Shown piece after piece: positions 13,338-25,490 of a stretch of DNA of 64,000 nt. The DNA lies in NCBI GenBank assembly GCA_951406725.2, contig OX597836.1, forward strand, positions 7,440,001 through 7,504,000, read 5' to 3'. The DNA is from Octopus vulgaris (lineage: Eukaryota). A model generated the notes under the pieces. The model saw nothing but the letters and a program-made list of their open reading frames with translations. It did not search any database and had not been told where the DNA came from. A program made the translations under genes and the position numbers. Each line of letters starts with the position of its first letter. Positions within the stretch are counted from its first letter, which is position 1.

Positions 13338-13665
13338 TATTATTTTATTACCTTTTTGTGTGTTTACACTGAAAAATTTTCCCAAACAAAAAACCAATCA
13401 ACAACCAGTCTTCAAATTAACCATTTTTCTCTATAAGTCAACAAGGAAGCTTCTATGTTGTCACTCAATAAGCTAGAAATAACAGCCAAATCTCTTTTAG
13501 TTGACATCTTTAAAAATCACAGTCTTTAAAAATGGATTAACATATTGGATAATGTAGTCCTAGATACATTATGCTGGAAATTGTTTAAAAAAAGGCTTCT
13601 ACTCATGTAAAATTCACACCCATTGGAGCCAGAGGACTCTGTCCTACTTTAAAGGAGATTAGGGT

Positions 13666-13902
13666 TTTGTATTCCTAAAGCTGAAGGAGAACCTCAGGGT
13701 CAGTCGTTTTGAAGACGTTGGGAAGATGAAGGAGGCTGTGACAATGGTGACTTCTATGGGGGCGTTCACTGAATGTCTGGAGCATTGCAAAGAGTGCATT
13801 GGTGTCAGAGGATCCTGCTTTGAAAAAGATTAGAGTTTTTGTATTTCTTTGAAATTAAAATCTCTCCTGCAAAGTCTCAGGACTTCTGGAATGCACCTTG
13901 TC
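13666..13902 (+). pseudogene. Mariner transposase C-terminal remnant plus 3' TIR
   Basis: FVFLKLKENLRVSRFEDVGKMKEAVT / DFYGAFTECLEHCKECIGVRGSCFEKD*, then TIR-like AAAGTCTCAGGACTTCTGGAATGCACCTTGT. Confidence 0.85.
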
Positions 13903-14454
13903 ATAGTTAATTAGATTTCGTGCTTTATCCATAAGCGTGGGAGAGCAGGTGATGATAGAAGCAATAGGAAAGTACTGCTGCATCTTTTCCAAGAAAAATT
14001 CTTGAATCTTCATACTTTGGCATGGTGGTCCAAGACTGCCGATTCCTGCAAAACAGGTGGGACAAGGAATCGTCTTTACACATAATACTGGTTTCACGTT
14101 TTGGCACAAGGCCAGCAATTTCAGAGGGTGGGGAGGGAATAAGACAATTACATCGACCCCAGTGCTCAACTGGTACTTATTTTATCGATCCCGAAAGGAT
14201 GAAAGGCTAAGTCGACCTCGACGGAATTTGAACTCAGAACTTATGGACTGACGAAACACCCGCTAAGCATTTTGCCCAGCATGCTAACGAAGTCTGTCAG
14301 CCCCTCCGACCTAATTTTTGCACGTAATATCAAAACTTAATTTTCCCCTCCTTTCTTTCTCCCTCCTTCTCTCTCTTCCTCTCTGCCTCTCTCTCTTCCT
14401 CTCTGCCTCTCTCTCTTTTTCTTGCTACTCTCTCACTATACCACACACCTCGTT

Positions 14455-14492
<38 letters not shown>

Positions 14493-14869
14493 ACAAATCG
14501 AAACTTATTCAAAGTTTTTACTTTTTTTCCTGCATTTTATTATTACTCAAAAAATGCTGACCTAATTACACTAAGGTTTTTTTTTAATATTTGTATTTAC
14601 ATTGTGCAAAAAATATATAAATTTATAGATATATATATATATATTATAAAAAAAAGAAAAAGATTTCTATAACCGAGAGGTGGTGGCGGTGGGGAAAGGG
14701 GGTGGTGGTGGAATGAGGTGTTGATGGTGTTGATGGTGGTGATGATGATAGTGGTGGTGGTGGTGGTGGTGGTGGGTATTTAGTATGTACAAACATGTCT
14801 GACAGCTTTCTGCCTTGTTGTGCAGTGTGACAGCTGACAAGCAATGGTGGTGGCTTCGGCTGAACCTGG

Positions 14870-16030
14870 GCAAGAAAAGAAAAGAAAAGAAAAGAAAGAA
14901 AAGAAAAGAGAGAAAAGAAGTGAGCAGAAAAGAAAGAGAAGAAAAGAAAAGAGAGAGAAGAAAAGAAATAAAAGAAAAGAAGGGAAAGAGTGAAGAAAAG
15001 TGAGAAGAAAAGAAAGAAAAGAAAAGAAAAGAAAAGAGTGAAGAAAAGTGAGAAGAAAAGAGAAGAAAGAAAAGAGTGAAGAGAAGTGAGGAGAAAAGAA
15101 AGAGAAGAAAAGAAAAGAAAAGAAATAAAAGAAAAGAAATAAAAGAAAAGAGAGAAAAGAGAAGAGAAGAAAAGAAATAAAAGAAAAGAGAGAAAAGAAA
15201 GAAAATAAAAGAAAAGAAAGAAAGAAAAGAGTGAAAAGAAGGGAGGAGAAAAGAAAGAAGAGAAAGAACGAAGAGAAGAGAAGAGAAAGAGGGAGGGTGA
15301 GCAAGAGGGAGAGAGAGGTGTGTGGGACTGAGTTTGTTGCAGTTGTTGCAGTTGTTGTTGTTGTTTCTCTTCAAACTTTGCAGCAGACACCAAAAACACA
15401 AAAACTCTGATATTTCTCTGGTTGTAAATATTTATTTAGTTACATAAAACCCTTTCTTATCTTCCACCATTTTCTCATCTTAACACCAAGTGTGCACCTA
15501 CAGGCTCGCTTTCTTTCCTACCTTCCTTCTTTCTTTCTTTCTTTCTTTCTTTCTTTCCTTCTTTCTTTCTTTCTTTCTTTCCTACCTTCCTTCTTTCTTT
15601 CTTTCTTTCTTTCCTTCTTTCTTTCCTACCTTCCTTCCTTCTTTCTTTCTTTCTTTCTTTCTTCTCTTTCTTTCTCCTTTCTCTCTCCCTCTCCATCTTC
15701 CTTTTACTTCATTCCCTCCTTCTTTCTTTCCTTCTTTTCTTTTTCCTTTATTTCTTTCTTTGTCTCTTTCTTCCTTTCTTTATTTCCTACTTCCTTCTTT
15801 CTTTCTTTCTTTCTTTCTCTTTCTTTCTCCTTTCTCTCTCCCTCTCCCCATCTTCCTTTTACTTCATTCCCTCCTTCTTTCTTTCCTTCTTTTCTTTTTC
15901 CTTTATTTCTTTCTTTGTCTCTTTCTTCCTTTCTTTATTTCCTTCTTTTCTTTTCTTTTCTTTCTTTCTGTTTCTCTTTCTTCCTTTCTTTCTTTCCTTC
16001 TTTTCTTTTTTTCCTTTCTTTCTTGTTGCT
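14870..16030. repeat. Adjacent polypurine (14870-15315) and polypyrimidine (15510-16030) tracts
   Basis: (GAAAA/GAAA)n-like tract followed by (CTTT)n-like tract; the latter contains an internal ~155-bp duplication. Confidence 0.95.
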
Positions 16031-16107
16031 GTTCTTCTTGTTGTTGCTCTTTCTAAGTTAAAAATAATGAAAGACTTTCATTCAAGCAACAACTGGTAAC
16101 TGGGTGG

Positions 16108-16156
<49 letters not shown>

Positions 16157-16691
16157 GATAAACTACCCATGGACGCCTACTGTAAGGAAAATTAACAGTA
16201 AAATATGCTCTAACATACTTTATGCACTGAGTCAAGAAAATTAAATTAATTAAAATCACATCTGCCCCCCCCCCCCCCCGCGACCCTCAAAAAACAAACG
16301 AACAAAAAACAAAATTAAAATATTATCTTAATTACAATCTGCAGTCAAGAAATATAGGGGAGACAATCAAGGAATTTAAGTTAATTAAAATTAATGAAAT
16401 GTAATTAAAATTAGAATGTGCAGCTAACGAACGATCAGACGTCCTTGTTTCCATCTCCAGCCTGACGTGATACACACAGACTCTTTGCATATACTGATAG
16501 GGTACAGGTAATGTGTCAATAGCCAGCTGTAGAAGATGTCTTCTTGGGGCTACAAGGTACAGTAGCATCGACCCTTAAGGGTTAGCCACATTTAAGTGGC
16601 AAATATACTTCACGATATATGTATATATGTATATATATGCACATATATATATAATATAGACAGATATACATACATCATCATCATCATCATC

Positions 16692-16744
<53 letters not shown>

Positions 16745-16846
16745 TTAATCCAAACAAGAAAACACAAAAAACAAAAAAACAGCAACGCGAGGACGTGGAA
16801 CAAATAATGTATTATTGGATGCTCAGGAAAGAAGGGAAGAAGGAGG

Positions 16847-16881
16847 GTTTAATGTTTCGAGCGGAGCTCTTCGTCAGAAAC
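16847..16881 (-). ncRNA. Minimal hammerhead ribozyme motif in a Penelope-like element remnant (~16745-16955)
   Basis: Minus strand: GTTT CTGACGA A GAGC-tcc-GCTC GAAA CATT AAAC. Stem III CG has become CA (CpG decay). The remnant is flanked on both sides by (TA)n. Confidence 0.7.
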
Positions 16882-17007
16882 ATAGGAGAAGGAAAGATCC
16901 TGAGAAGGGAAGACAGAGGAAAAAAAATCGCCAGTGGTACTCACGAGGTCAGACAGATATACATATATATATACATACATATATATATATACATATATAT
17001 ACATACA

Positions 17008-17081
<74 letters not shown>

Positions 17082-17084
17082 TAC

Positions 17085-17145
<61 letters not shown>

Positions 17146-17181
17146 GGCATATAAGCATCGACAGCTGGCAAGCCAAGCTAC

Positions 17182-17224
17182 TTCAGACTGATGAAGAGCA
17201 ATGACTCTGAAACTTGTCTCTGGA
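17182..17224 (+). ncRNA. Minimal type-I hammerhead ribozyme with canonical core
   Basis: TTCAGA CTGATGA AGAG-caatga-CTCT GAAA C-tt-G TC ^ TCTGGA: CUGAUGA box, 4-bp stem II, GAAA box, GUC triplet, 6-bp stem I. Predicted cleavage after 17218. Confidence 0.75.
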
Positions 17225-17392
17225 TGCTGGCTTTGCTGGGTGGAGGTGCTTATCTCCCTTGTTTGAAAACTTAAGGATACAGAACGCTTGTGTCACAAAG
17301 CCAACTGGAAACGATGTTTCCTGGGGCTAAATAGCAGTAACATTCTTTCCTTTTCCTGGGACTGCAACATTAAGTTGGCAACAAACCATCAC

Positions 17393-17424
<32 letters not shown>

Positions 17425-17425
<1 letters not shown>

Positions 17426-17750
17426 CAATCACAGGGACATACATAAAAAAAAACGTTTGGGGATTTACATGGGAGAGAAAAAAAAGAAACTGAACAAAAA
17501 ATAAAACATGAAATATAAGCATAGACAGGGTACAAGACAAACAAGGAAAAGATAATGATGCAGCCCCCACTCCTGCCATGAAGGTTCCACTTTAGAAACC
17601 ATGTAGGGCCCACTTTAGAAACCCAATACATTCAAGAGCACCCAAAATATCAAGAGTCAGTGCCCTTACCAAATGTTGTTCTCTGCTTACAGGTTTATGA
17701 TTAGAAGGGTCCTATCCTTTCCTGCTGTTATTGCCACCCACCCCCAATTA
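17425..17750 (-). mobile_element. Tx1/L1-like LINE 3' end, copy 1
   Basis: Closely similar to 19735-20080, with the same truncation point. Confidence 0.55.
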
Positions 17751-17761
17751 CTTTTTTTTCT

Positions 17762-18390
17762 TTTCTACTCTAGGCACAAGGCCTGAAATTTTGGGGGAGG
17801 TTGGGGTGGGGGTAGTCGATTAGATCGCCCACAGTATGCAACTGGTACTCAATTTAGCAACCCCAAAAGGATGAAAGTCAAAATTGACCTCGGTGAAATT
17901 TGAACTCAGAACACAGTGACAGGTGAAATACTGCTAAGCATTTCATCCAGCTCACTAACGATTCTGCCAGCTTGCCACCCCTTAATAATAATAATAATAA
18001 TAATAACTACAACATTATAGATAAAATGCCAACTGCTTTGGTGCATGACTTTTGGCCCACCCAGTGTGTATGTGAGTTTATATATATATGTATATGTATG
18101 TTTGTGTGCATATATATATATATATAAGCAGGAAAAAAATGCAGTAAAAGGCAAGGGGTGAAAGGATGTAGAAGAGGGAGAAGTGAGAGTTGACAGCTAA
18201 GGAAGCTGTTGTTCCCTGAATGGCATTTAGGAATTTGGTATTTCTTTGGTATTTCTTCATTGTAATCCAGGGGCGAGTTTAGCAAGAAGAATTCCTTCTG
18301 AATTCAAAGGGCTAACATAATGATTATCAACTGAAAGAAGTGGAATGGAATTTTGGGTGGAGTATGACTAAAAGATTTTTAAAGAATGGC

Positions 18391-18448
<58 letters not shown>

Positions 18449-18719
18449 TGATAATAATAATAATAATAATTATGATGATGATGATAATAATCCTTTCTAC
18501 TATAGGCACAAGGCCTGAAGTTTTGGAGGAGGGGGACTAGTTGATTACATTGACCCCAGTGTTTCACAGGTACTTTATTTATCGACCCCGAAAGGATGAA
18601 AGGCAAAGTTGACCTCAGCAGAATTTGAACTCAGAACGTAAAGACAGATGAAATACCACTAAGCATTTTGTCCGCCGTGCTAATGACTCTGGCAGCTCAC
18701 GACCTTGATGATGATGACG

Positions 18720-18776
<57 letters not shown>

Positions 18777-18999
18777 TTAATAATAATAATAATCCTTTTT
18801 ACAATAGTCACAAGGCCTGAAATTTTGGGGGAGGGGGTAAGTCGCCCCCAGTACTCGACTGGTAGTTGATTTATTGACCCCTAAAGGATGAAAGTCAACC
18901 TCAGCAGAATTTGAACTCAGATCGTAAAGGTAGACGAAATACCGCGAAGTATTTAGCCTGGTGTGCTAACGATTCTGCCACCTCAATGCCTTGATAATG

Positions 19000-19071
<72 letters not shown>

Positions 19072-19460
19072 GTCCTTTCTACTAAAGGGACAAAGCCTGA
19101 AATTTTGGGGGAGGGGGTAAGTTTATCACATCGACCTAAGTACTTGACTGGTCAATAATTTATTGACCCCGAAAGGATGAAAGGCAAAGTTGACCTCAGC
19201 AGAATTTGAACTCAGAACCTACAGACCCAGCATGCTAATGATTCTGCCAGCTTACCATCTTTAATTGTTCCAGATTTTTGGCATAAGACCATCGATTTCA
19301 GGGCAGTCGATTATATTAGCACCAGTATATGACTGGTACTTTCACCCTCGAAGGATGAGAGACAAAGTTGACCCTGGTCTGATTTGAACTCAGGACTTGA
19401 AGAAACAAGAAGAAATGCTACAAAGCATTCTGTCTGATGCAGCAAGGATTCTGAAAGCGT
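17762..19460 (-). mobile_element. Cluster of five co-oriented family B SINEs with intervening (TAA)n tracts
   Basis: Copies at about 17762-17982, 18490-18706, 18793-18993, 19072-19262 and 19270-19460; most contain AAAGGATGAAAG...AAAGTTGACCTC...GAATTTGAACTCAG. Confidence 0.9.
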
Positions 19461-19734
19461 GCCCCCCCCCATGCTGCTGCTACTGCTACTACTACTACTA
19501 CTACTACTGTTGCTAATACTACTATTGCTGCTGCTACTGCTGTTTCTGCTAATACTACTACTGTTATTAATACTGCTGCTGCTGTTGCTACTACTACCAC
19601 TGCTGCTGCTGCTAATACTACTACTACTGCTGCTACTGCTACTGCTGCTGCTGCTTCTACTACGACTACTACTACTACTACTACTACTACTACTGATGAG
19701 GATGATGATTATGATGATGATGTTGAGGAGTAGG

Positions 19735-20080
19735 ATTTCTTTTATCGGCCACCAGGGCAATGCATAAGGGAAAAACAATCACAGGGACGTACATGAAAAA
19801 AACGTTTGGGGATTTACATGGGAGAGAGAAAAAAAGAAATTGAACAAGAAAATACGACATGAAATATAAGCATAGACAGGGTACAAGACAAACAATGGAA
19901 AGATAATGATACAGCCCCCACTCCTGCCATGAAGGGTCCACTTTAGAAACCCAACACATCCAAGAGCACCCAAAATATCAAGAGTAAGTGCCCTCACCAA
20001 ATGTTGTTCTCTGATTTACTGGTTTATGATTTGAAGGGTCCCATCTATTCCTGATGTTTTTGCCACCTGCCCCCAATCAC
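19735..20080 (-). mobile_element. Tx1/L1-like LINE 3' end, copy 2, with polyA-signal-like end and (ATC)n tail
   Basis: Minus strand ends CCCTGGTGGCCGATAAAAGAAATCC...CATCATC; short terminal peptide WGQVAKTSGIDGTLQIINQ*. Clade assignment is tentative. Confidence 0.55.
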
Positions 20081-20479
20081 TTTTACCTTATTTACTTGTT
20101 GCACTTGTTAAACTGAGGCCATGCTGTGGCACTACCTTGAGGAATTCTGAGTTGAATGAATCGAGCCCCAAGACCGTTTTTTTAAAGAGTGGTACTCTGC
20201 TATCATGAGATGGTGAGTACGATTCCCGGACTAGGCTGCGTGTTGTGTTCTTGAGCAAGACACTTTATTTCATGTTGCCACAGTTCACTCAGCCAAGCTG
20301 TATCGGTCTTGTCCTTTCCCTTGGATAACATTGGTGATATGGAGAGGAGAGGCCGGTATGCATGGGCGACTGCTGGTCTTCCATAAACAACCTTGCTCGG
20401 ACTTGTGCTTCGGAGGGTTACTTTCTACGTGCAATCCCATGGTTATTCATGACCAAAGGGGGTCTTTTTGTCATCCAGA

Positions 20480-20888
20480 AAATCGATACCTCAGTGATTG
20501 GTGTAATGTCACTCACAAACAGACTCCACCCACTCACCCACGGGTGTGCTTTCTATCGCTTCTATAACGGCCTTTGCTCCTTGGAGCCGCCTGGGATAAT
20601 ACCGTTTCGTTTGTCTGTCCTCTTCCCATCACTTTTCGTTGTGTTCAGCCCCGACATTTCACCCCAGCCAACACCACCATCTCATATTAATTTCTATGCC
20701 CTGAATGTCAACATTATCGCCCTGCGGGACTGAGCCAGAGTCGTGGGTGTGAGAGAGAGAGAGAGAGGGGGGAGACAGACAGACAGACAGAGATGAAGAA
20801 AGAGACGAGCGTGACGGATTGGAATGACTTATAGCAACATATCGAAGGGGGACATAACTCTGACAGCACTAATTCAAGGGAGGTAAGT
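20480..20888 (+). promoter_or_regulatory. Candidate promoter / 5' exon ending at a consensus donor GAG|GTAAGT (exon end 20882)
   Basis: Unique CpG-retaining sequence, (GA)n tract and a perfect donor; no transcript evidence available. Confidence 0.35.
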
Positions 20889-21619
20889 CTCCTCTTTCTT
20901 AAACTGTACGATATTTCTACGGAGTTGTTTGACCGGGAAGAATTAGGAGAGAAAAAAATTAAAAAAATAAAAACCATTTTAGCCATGTTAGAAATCATCG
21001 TCATCGTCGTCATCATCGTCATCATCATCATCATCATCACCACCACCACCCAAAGTCGTTAGCGGCTTTTCGTCTGTCTTTATGTTCTGAGTTCAAACAC
21101 TGCCGAACACGACCAATTTTGCCTTTCATCCTTTCGGAAATCGATAGTATAAGTAACAGTTGAACACTGGAGTCGAAACAGCCGACCTTGTGCTAAAACT
21201 TGCAAACAGTATATATATAGTGGCTGTTTACCAATGGTGGCGAAAGAATACATCGAAAGCTATGCATCATATGTCGGGTTAGCGCTCTGGTTTAAAATAA
21301 TAAAATAGAATAAGAAATTTCTAACAGAGACAATAAAGGATATTCGATCACTACATCTCTCGTTCAGTATCGGATAAATCTATTTCGTTTAGATATGATT
21401 TACACAGCAAGGCTGACCAATGTCAAACGAGTGAATAACGCAATTAGAAAAAAAAAACGTTCTGATTGAACAGTTATGGGGATTATTATGCAAATGGTTT
21501 TATGATATCAAATTGATAGGAAGTTAATTTTTTATGTAACAAAGGAAAATACAAAAATGATGGAGCGCTAAACTATGACCTTTCAAATTCCATTCTCTCC
21601 AGGTGATACTCGCGAGTCT

Positions 21620-21887
21620 GCTGTGGAGTCGGAGTCGGAAACAAATAAGGGGTAGCTGGAATCGGAGTCGATAAAACTATACTGACTCCAACTCCGACTC
21701 ACAATATCTTTATTCCTTAATATAAACCAGTGATAACCTATAGGCCTTCTCAAAGTACAAGCGTATGCATATGTTTTATGAGATACGTTGACCACAATCA
21801 TTCAATTACATAAAGGGGAGTCGGAGTCCTAGTCTGAGGTGCCAATAGCAGAAGAGTCGGAGTTTTTTGTTTCGACTCCACAGCCCT
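21620..21887. mobile_element. MITE with GGAGTC subterminal repeats
   Basis: TIR GCTGTGGAGTCG (21620-21631) / CGACTCCACAGC (21873-21884); internal GAGTCGGAGTC repeats in both orientations. Confidence 0.75.
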
Positions 21888-22096
21888 ACTCTTTACTCTC
21901 TACTCTTTTACTTGTTTCAGTCAATTGACTGTGGCTATGCTGGAGCACCGCCTTTTAGTCGAGCAAATCGACCCCAGGACTTATTCTTTGTAAGCCCAGT
22001 ACTTATTCTATCAGTATCTTTTTGCCGAACCACTAAGTTACGGGGACGTAAGCACACCAGCATCGGTTGTCAAGCGATGTTGGGGGGACAAACACA

Positions 22097-22172
<76 letters not shown>

Positions 22173-23066
22173 TATATGCGACGGGCTTCTTTCAGTTTCC
22201 ACCTACCAAATCCACTCATGTATTTTGAAACCAATATATTATCGCATCAAATCCGTATTGATTTTCCTTTTAATCGACCTCAATCAAGGGGGAAAACATT
22301 CGATAATGATACACAAAAATACTTTTGATCTTAGGTTTGCTCACTCTAGGATGACCTGGGGTTAAACATAATCAGCACAACATGCGGCAACGAATATTTC
22401 TTGACTGTAGAAACCGCCACAAGACTGAGTTACTTCCCTTTGCTTATAAGAGATCGGAGCGAACGACGTCGCTTTTGTTCGTCTTCGTCGTTAATTGTTT
22501 GGCGCAGATGGGATTGTGTGGCTGAGAAGTTTGCTTTCCCGTGTGGTACTGCTAGATTACGATGACGTAAACAAACCGACAGCGGTTATCAAGCTTGGGG
22601 TGGGCAAACACAAGTACACGCGCGCGTGTGGGCATGTGTGTATGTATGTATGTATACCCTTTTACTCTTTTACGTGTTTCAGTCATTTGACTGCGGCCAT
22701 GCTGGAGCACCCGCCTTTAATCGAGCAAATCGACCCCGGGACTTATTCTTTTTGTAAGCCCAGTACTTATTCTATCAGTCTCTTTTTGCCGAACTGCTAA
22801 GTGACGGGGACGGAAACACACCAGCATCGGTTGTCAAGCAATGCTAGGGGAACAAACACAGACACACAAACATACACACATACATATATATATACATATA
22901 TACGACAGGCTTCTTTCAGTTTCCGTCTACCAAATCCACTCACAAGGCATTGGTCGGCCCGGGGCTATAGCAGAAGACACTTGCCCAAGATGCCACGCAG
23001 TGGGACTGAACCCGGGACCATGTGGTTGGTTAGCAAGCTACTTACCACACAGCCTCTCCTGCACCT
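21888..23066 (-). mobile_element. Two family A SINE copies (21888-22218 3' part; 22660-23066 full length)
   Basis: Reverse complements of 12731-13122 with CpGs largely retained. Confidence 0.9.
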
Positions 23067-23727
23067 ATGTATGTATTATGTATGTATGTGTGTGTGTGTA
23101 TGTATGTATGTGTGTATGTATGTATGTATGTATGTATGTATGTATGTATGTATGTGTGCACGCGCGTATGTGTAGATTGCGTTCTTTACAGTTTTCAACA
23201 AAATTTACTCACAAGGCTTTAATCTCCTTAGGGTTACAGTAGCAGACACTTGTCCCAAAGAGCCGCACAGGTCCCTACTCTTAGAACTGCTGACCTTGTG
23301 TCAAAATTTGAAACTATTTTCAAGCATTATTATTCTATAAATAGTCGGAAAAAAATCAGAAAAATAAAACAGTAAGATCGCCTACAGGATTCGAACGCCG
23401 CATCTGCTGCAAACCGTATAGCGGTGATAATCACTACAGTACTCTTCAATATAGTATTTCCTTTCTTAATAGAATGTTATCTAAAGGAAATTTGGTTGCT
23501 ATTTCTAGCATCGTTTTGATGCCTCCCTTAATTGCAAAAGTAATCTCCCTTGGTACATTGGTGACGATGGCTTAAAACAGGGAAATTGACTCTTAATTTC
23601 TATGAAATCGGGCAAATCTTAAAATGACTGACAGAACTTTATGTTTATTATTTAATTAAGAACCTTACGTTAAAACTTCCTTGAAAATTTTCAACATGTG
23701 TTTCGTCTGTATCCCTGTAAAAATTCA

Positions 23728-23968
23728 AAACATATTCTGTTGTGTCTGGGGAGAGTCATTTTCTTTTTGTGCCTTGTAATTTAACACACTCACCGGGAAA
23801 ATTTCCACTTATTTCTTATTTTTATTTTCCTAAAATTTCCGTTGCGTCTTGCAACCTTTTCAATAGGAAAATAAAGATAAGAAATATGTGGAAATTTTAC
23901 TGGTGAGTGTGTTAAATTATAAGGCACAAAAAGAAAATGGCTCTCCCCAGACACAACAGAATATGTTT
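23728..23968. repeat. 105-bp-arm inverted repeat with 31-nt loop
   Basis: Arms 23728-23832 and 23864-23968; six mismatches by manual comparison. Confidence 0.95.
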
Positions 23969-24500
23969 CAACACACGAACTCACATAAAGAATCTTACAA
24001 ACCAAATCCAAAAACGAAATTCAAATCTATCCTTAACGCTAAATTATTGATCTGTCCTGAGGATGGAGATAGAGAAAATGGTTGTGGCCAAATTGAAAAA
24101 AAAAAAGTAGTCGTGAACAGTTGAGCAGGGTCCAACAGGAACTAAAATTATAAAATAAAAGTTATAAAATTATAAATAAAATTAGAAATTTATGCATTCT
24201 TGTTCGATTCCACTGAAATAGTTAATTCTGGGACGCCTGTGTATATACATATACATGTATATACATATCCATGTATATACATGCAGTGGGACTGAACCTG
24301 GAACCATGTGGTTGGTAAGCAAGCTGCTTACCACACAGCCACTCCAGGATCCTTAGAAGATCATAGCACATCAAAGTGAAGTGCACCACAAACTGGAAAG
24401 GCAGAATGACACAAAACCAACAGTTAAATAATCCTTTGTCATAGCACAGAATAAAGGGAGGCTCATTGTTGTTAGATAATCCACACCTCCAGTATTATCC

Positions 24501-24890
24501 AGTGGCTGTGTGGTAAATAGCTTGCTTACCAACCACATGGTTCCGGGTTCAGTCCCACTGCATGGCACCTTGAGCAAGTACCTTCTACTATAGCCTCGGG
24601 CCGACCAAAGCCTTGTGAGTAGATCTGGTAAATGGAAACTGAAAGAAGCCCATCGTACATACATATTTGTGTGTGTGTGTGTGTGTGTTTGTCCCTCCAA
24701 CATCGCTTGATAACAGATGCTGGTGTGTTTATGTCTCCGTCACTTAGCGGTTTGGTAAGAGAGACCGATAGAATAAGTAATAGGCTTACAAAGAATAAGT
24801 CCTGGTGTCAATTTGTTCAACTAAAGGCGGTGCTCCAGCATGGCCAGAGTCAAATGACTGAAACAAATAAAAGAAAGTAAAAGAAAAGAA
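24501..24890 (+). mobile_element. Family A SINE, near full length
   Basis: Aligns by eye along its length to 12731-13122. Confidence 0.9.
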
Positions 24891-24931
24891 AGTGATGAAT
24901 GAAACCCTAAGTTTGATGTAAACTCATATAA

Positions 24932-25490
24932 TAACAAGAGGACTCAGAGGGCGAAAACCTCTGCCAAGGTAACACCAACGTCCTCTCAACGATTAGCCAG
25001 AGAGGATTTTTAAAATGAGAATATCTGAAATAAATTTGACTGCTATCACAAATGAGAATATTTATTTCTTTATTGCTCACAGGGGGCTAAACATAGAGGG
25101 GACAAACAAGGACAGACAAGGGGATTAAGTCGATTATATCGACCCCAGTGATTTACTGGTACTTATTTAATCGACCCCGAAAGGATGAAAGGCAAAGTCG
25201 ACCTCGGCGGAATTTAAAAATGAACCCGACCACTCGCAAAAATTAAGTAAAATAATAACCGACCACTCACAAAAATTAAGTAAAAAATAATCCAGGATCC
25301 TTGTCCGGTACTGGATCAATCCCAAAATCTAATCAGCTCGTGCCAGTCACGAGGCCAACAAGCATCCCTGAAAGTTTCATCCAAATCCATCCAGTGGTTC
25401 TTGAGATATTTTGTCTTCGGACAAACAAAGAAACAAACATGACTGAAAATAATACCTCTGCCTGTTTTTATTACCTCTGCCTTCGACTGA
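24932..25490. mobile_element. Non-autonomous DNA element (Crypton/Helentron-like architecture) with a family B SINE inserted at ~25060-25215
   Basis: ACCTCTGCC motif near both ends, AATCCAGGATCC...CTGGATC internal motif and an (AAAC)n-like subterminal run. Class uncertain. Confidence 0.45.

Noticed and set aside
24053-24235. CTGAGGA ... GAAA as a long-stem-II hammerhead
   Set aside because: The boxes are ~150 nt apart and stem III and the cleavage triplet cannot be formed convincingly.
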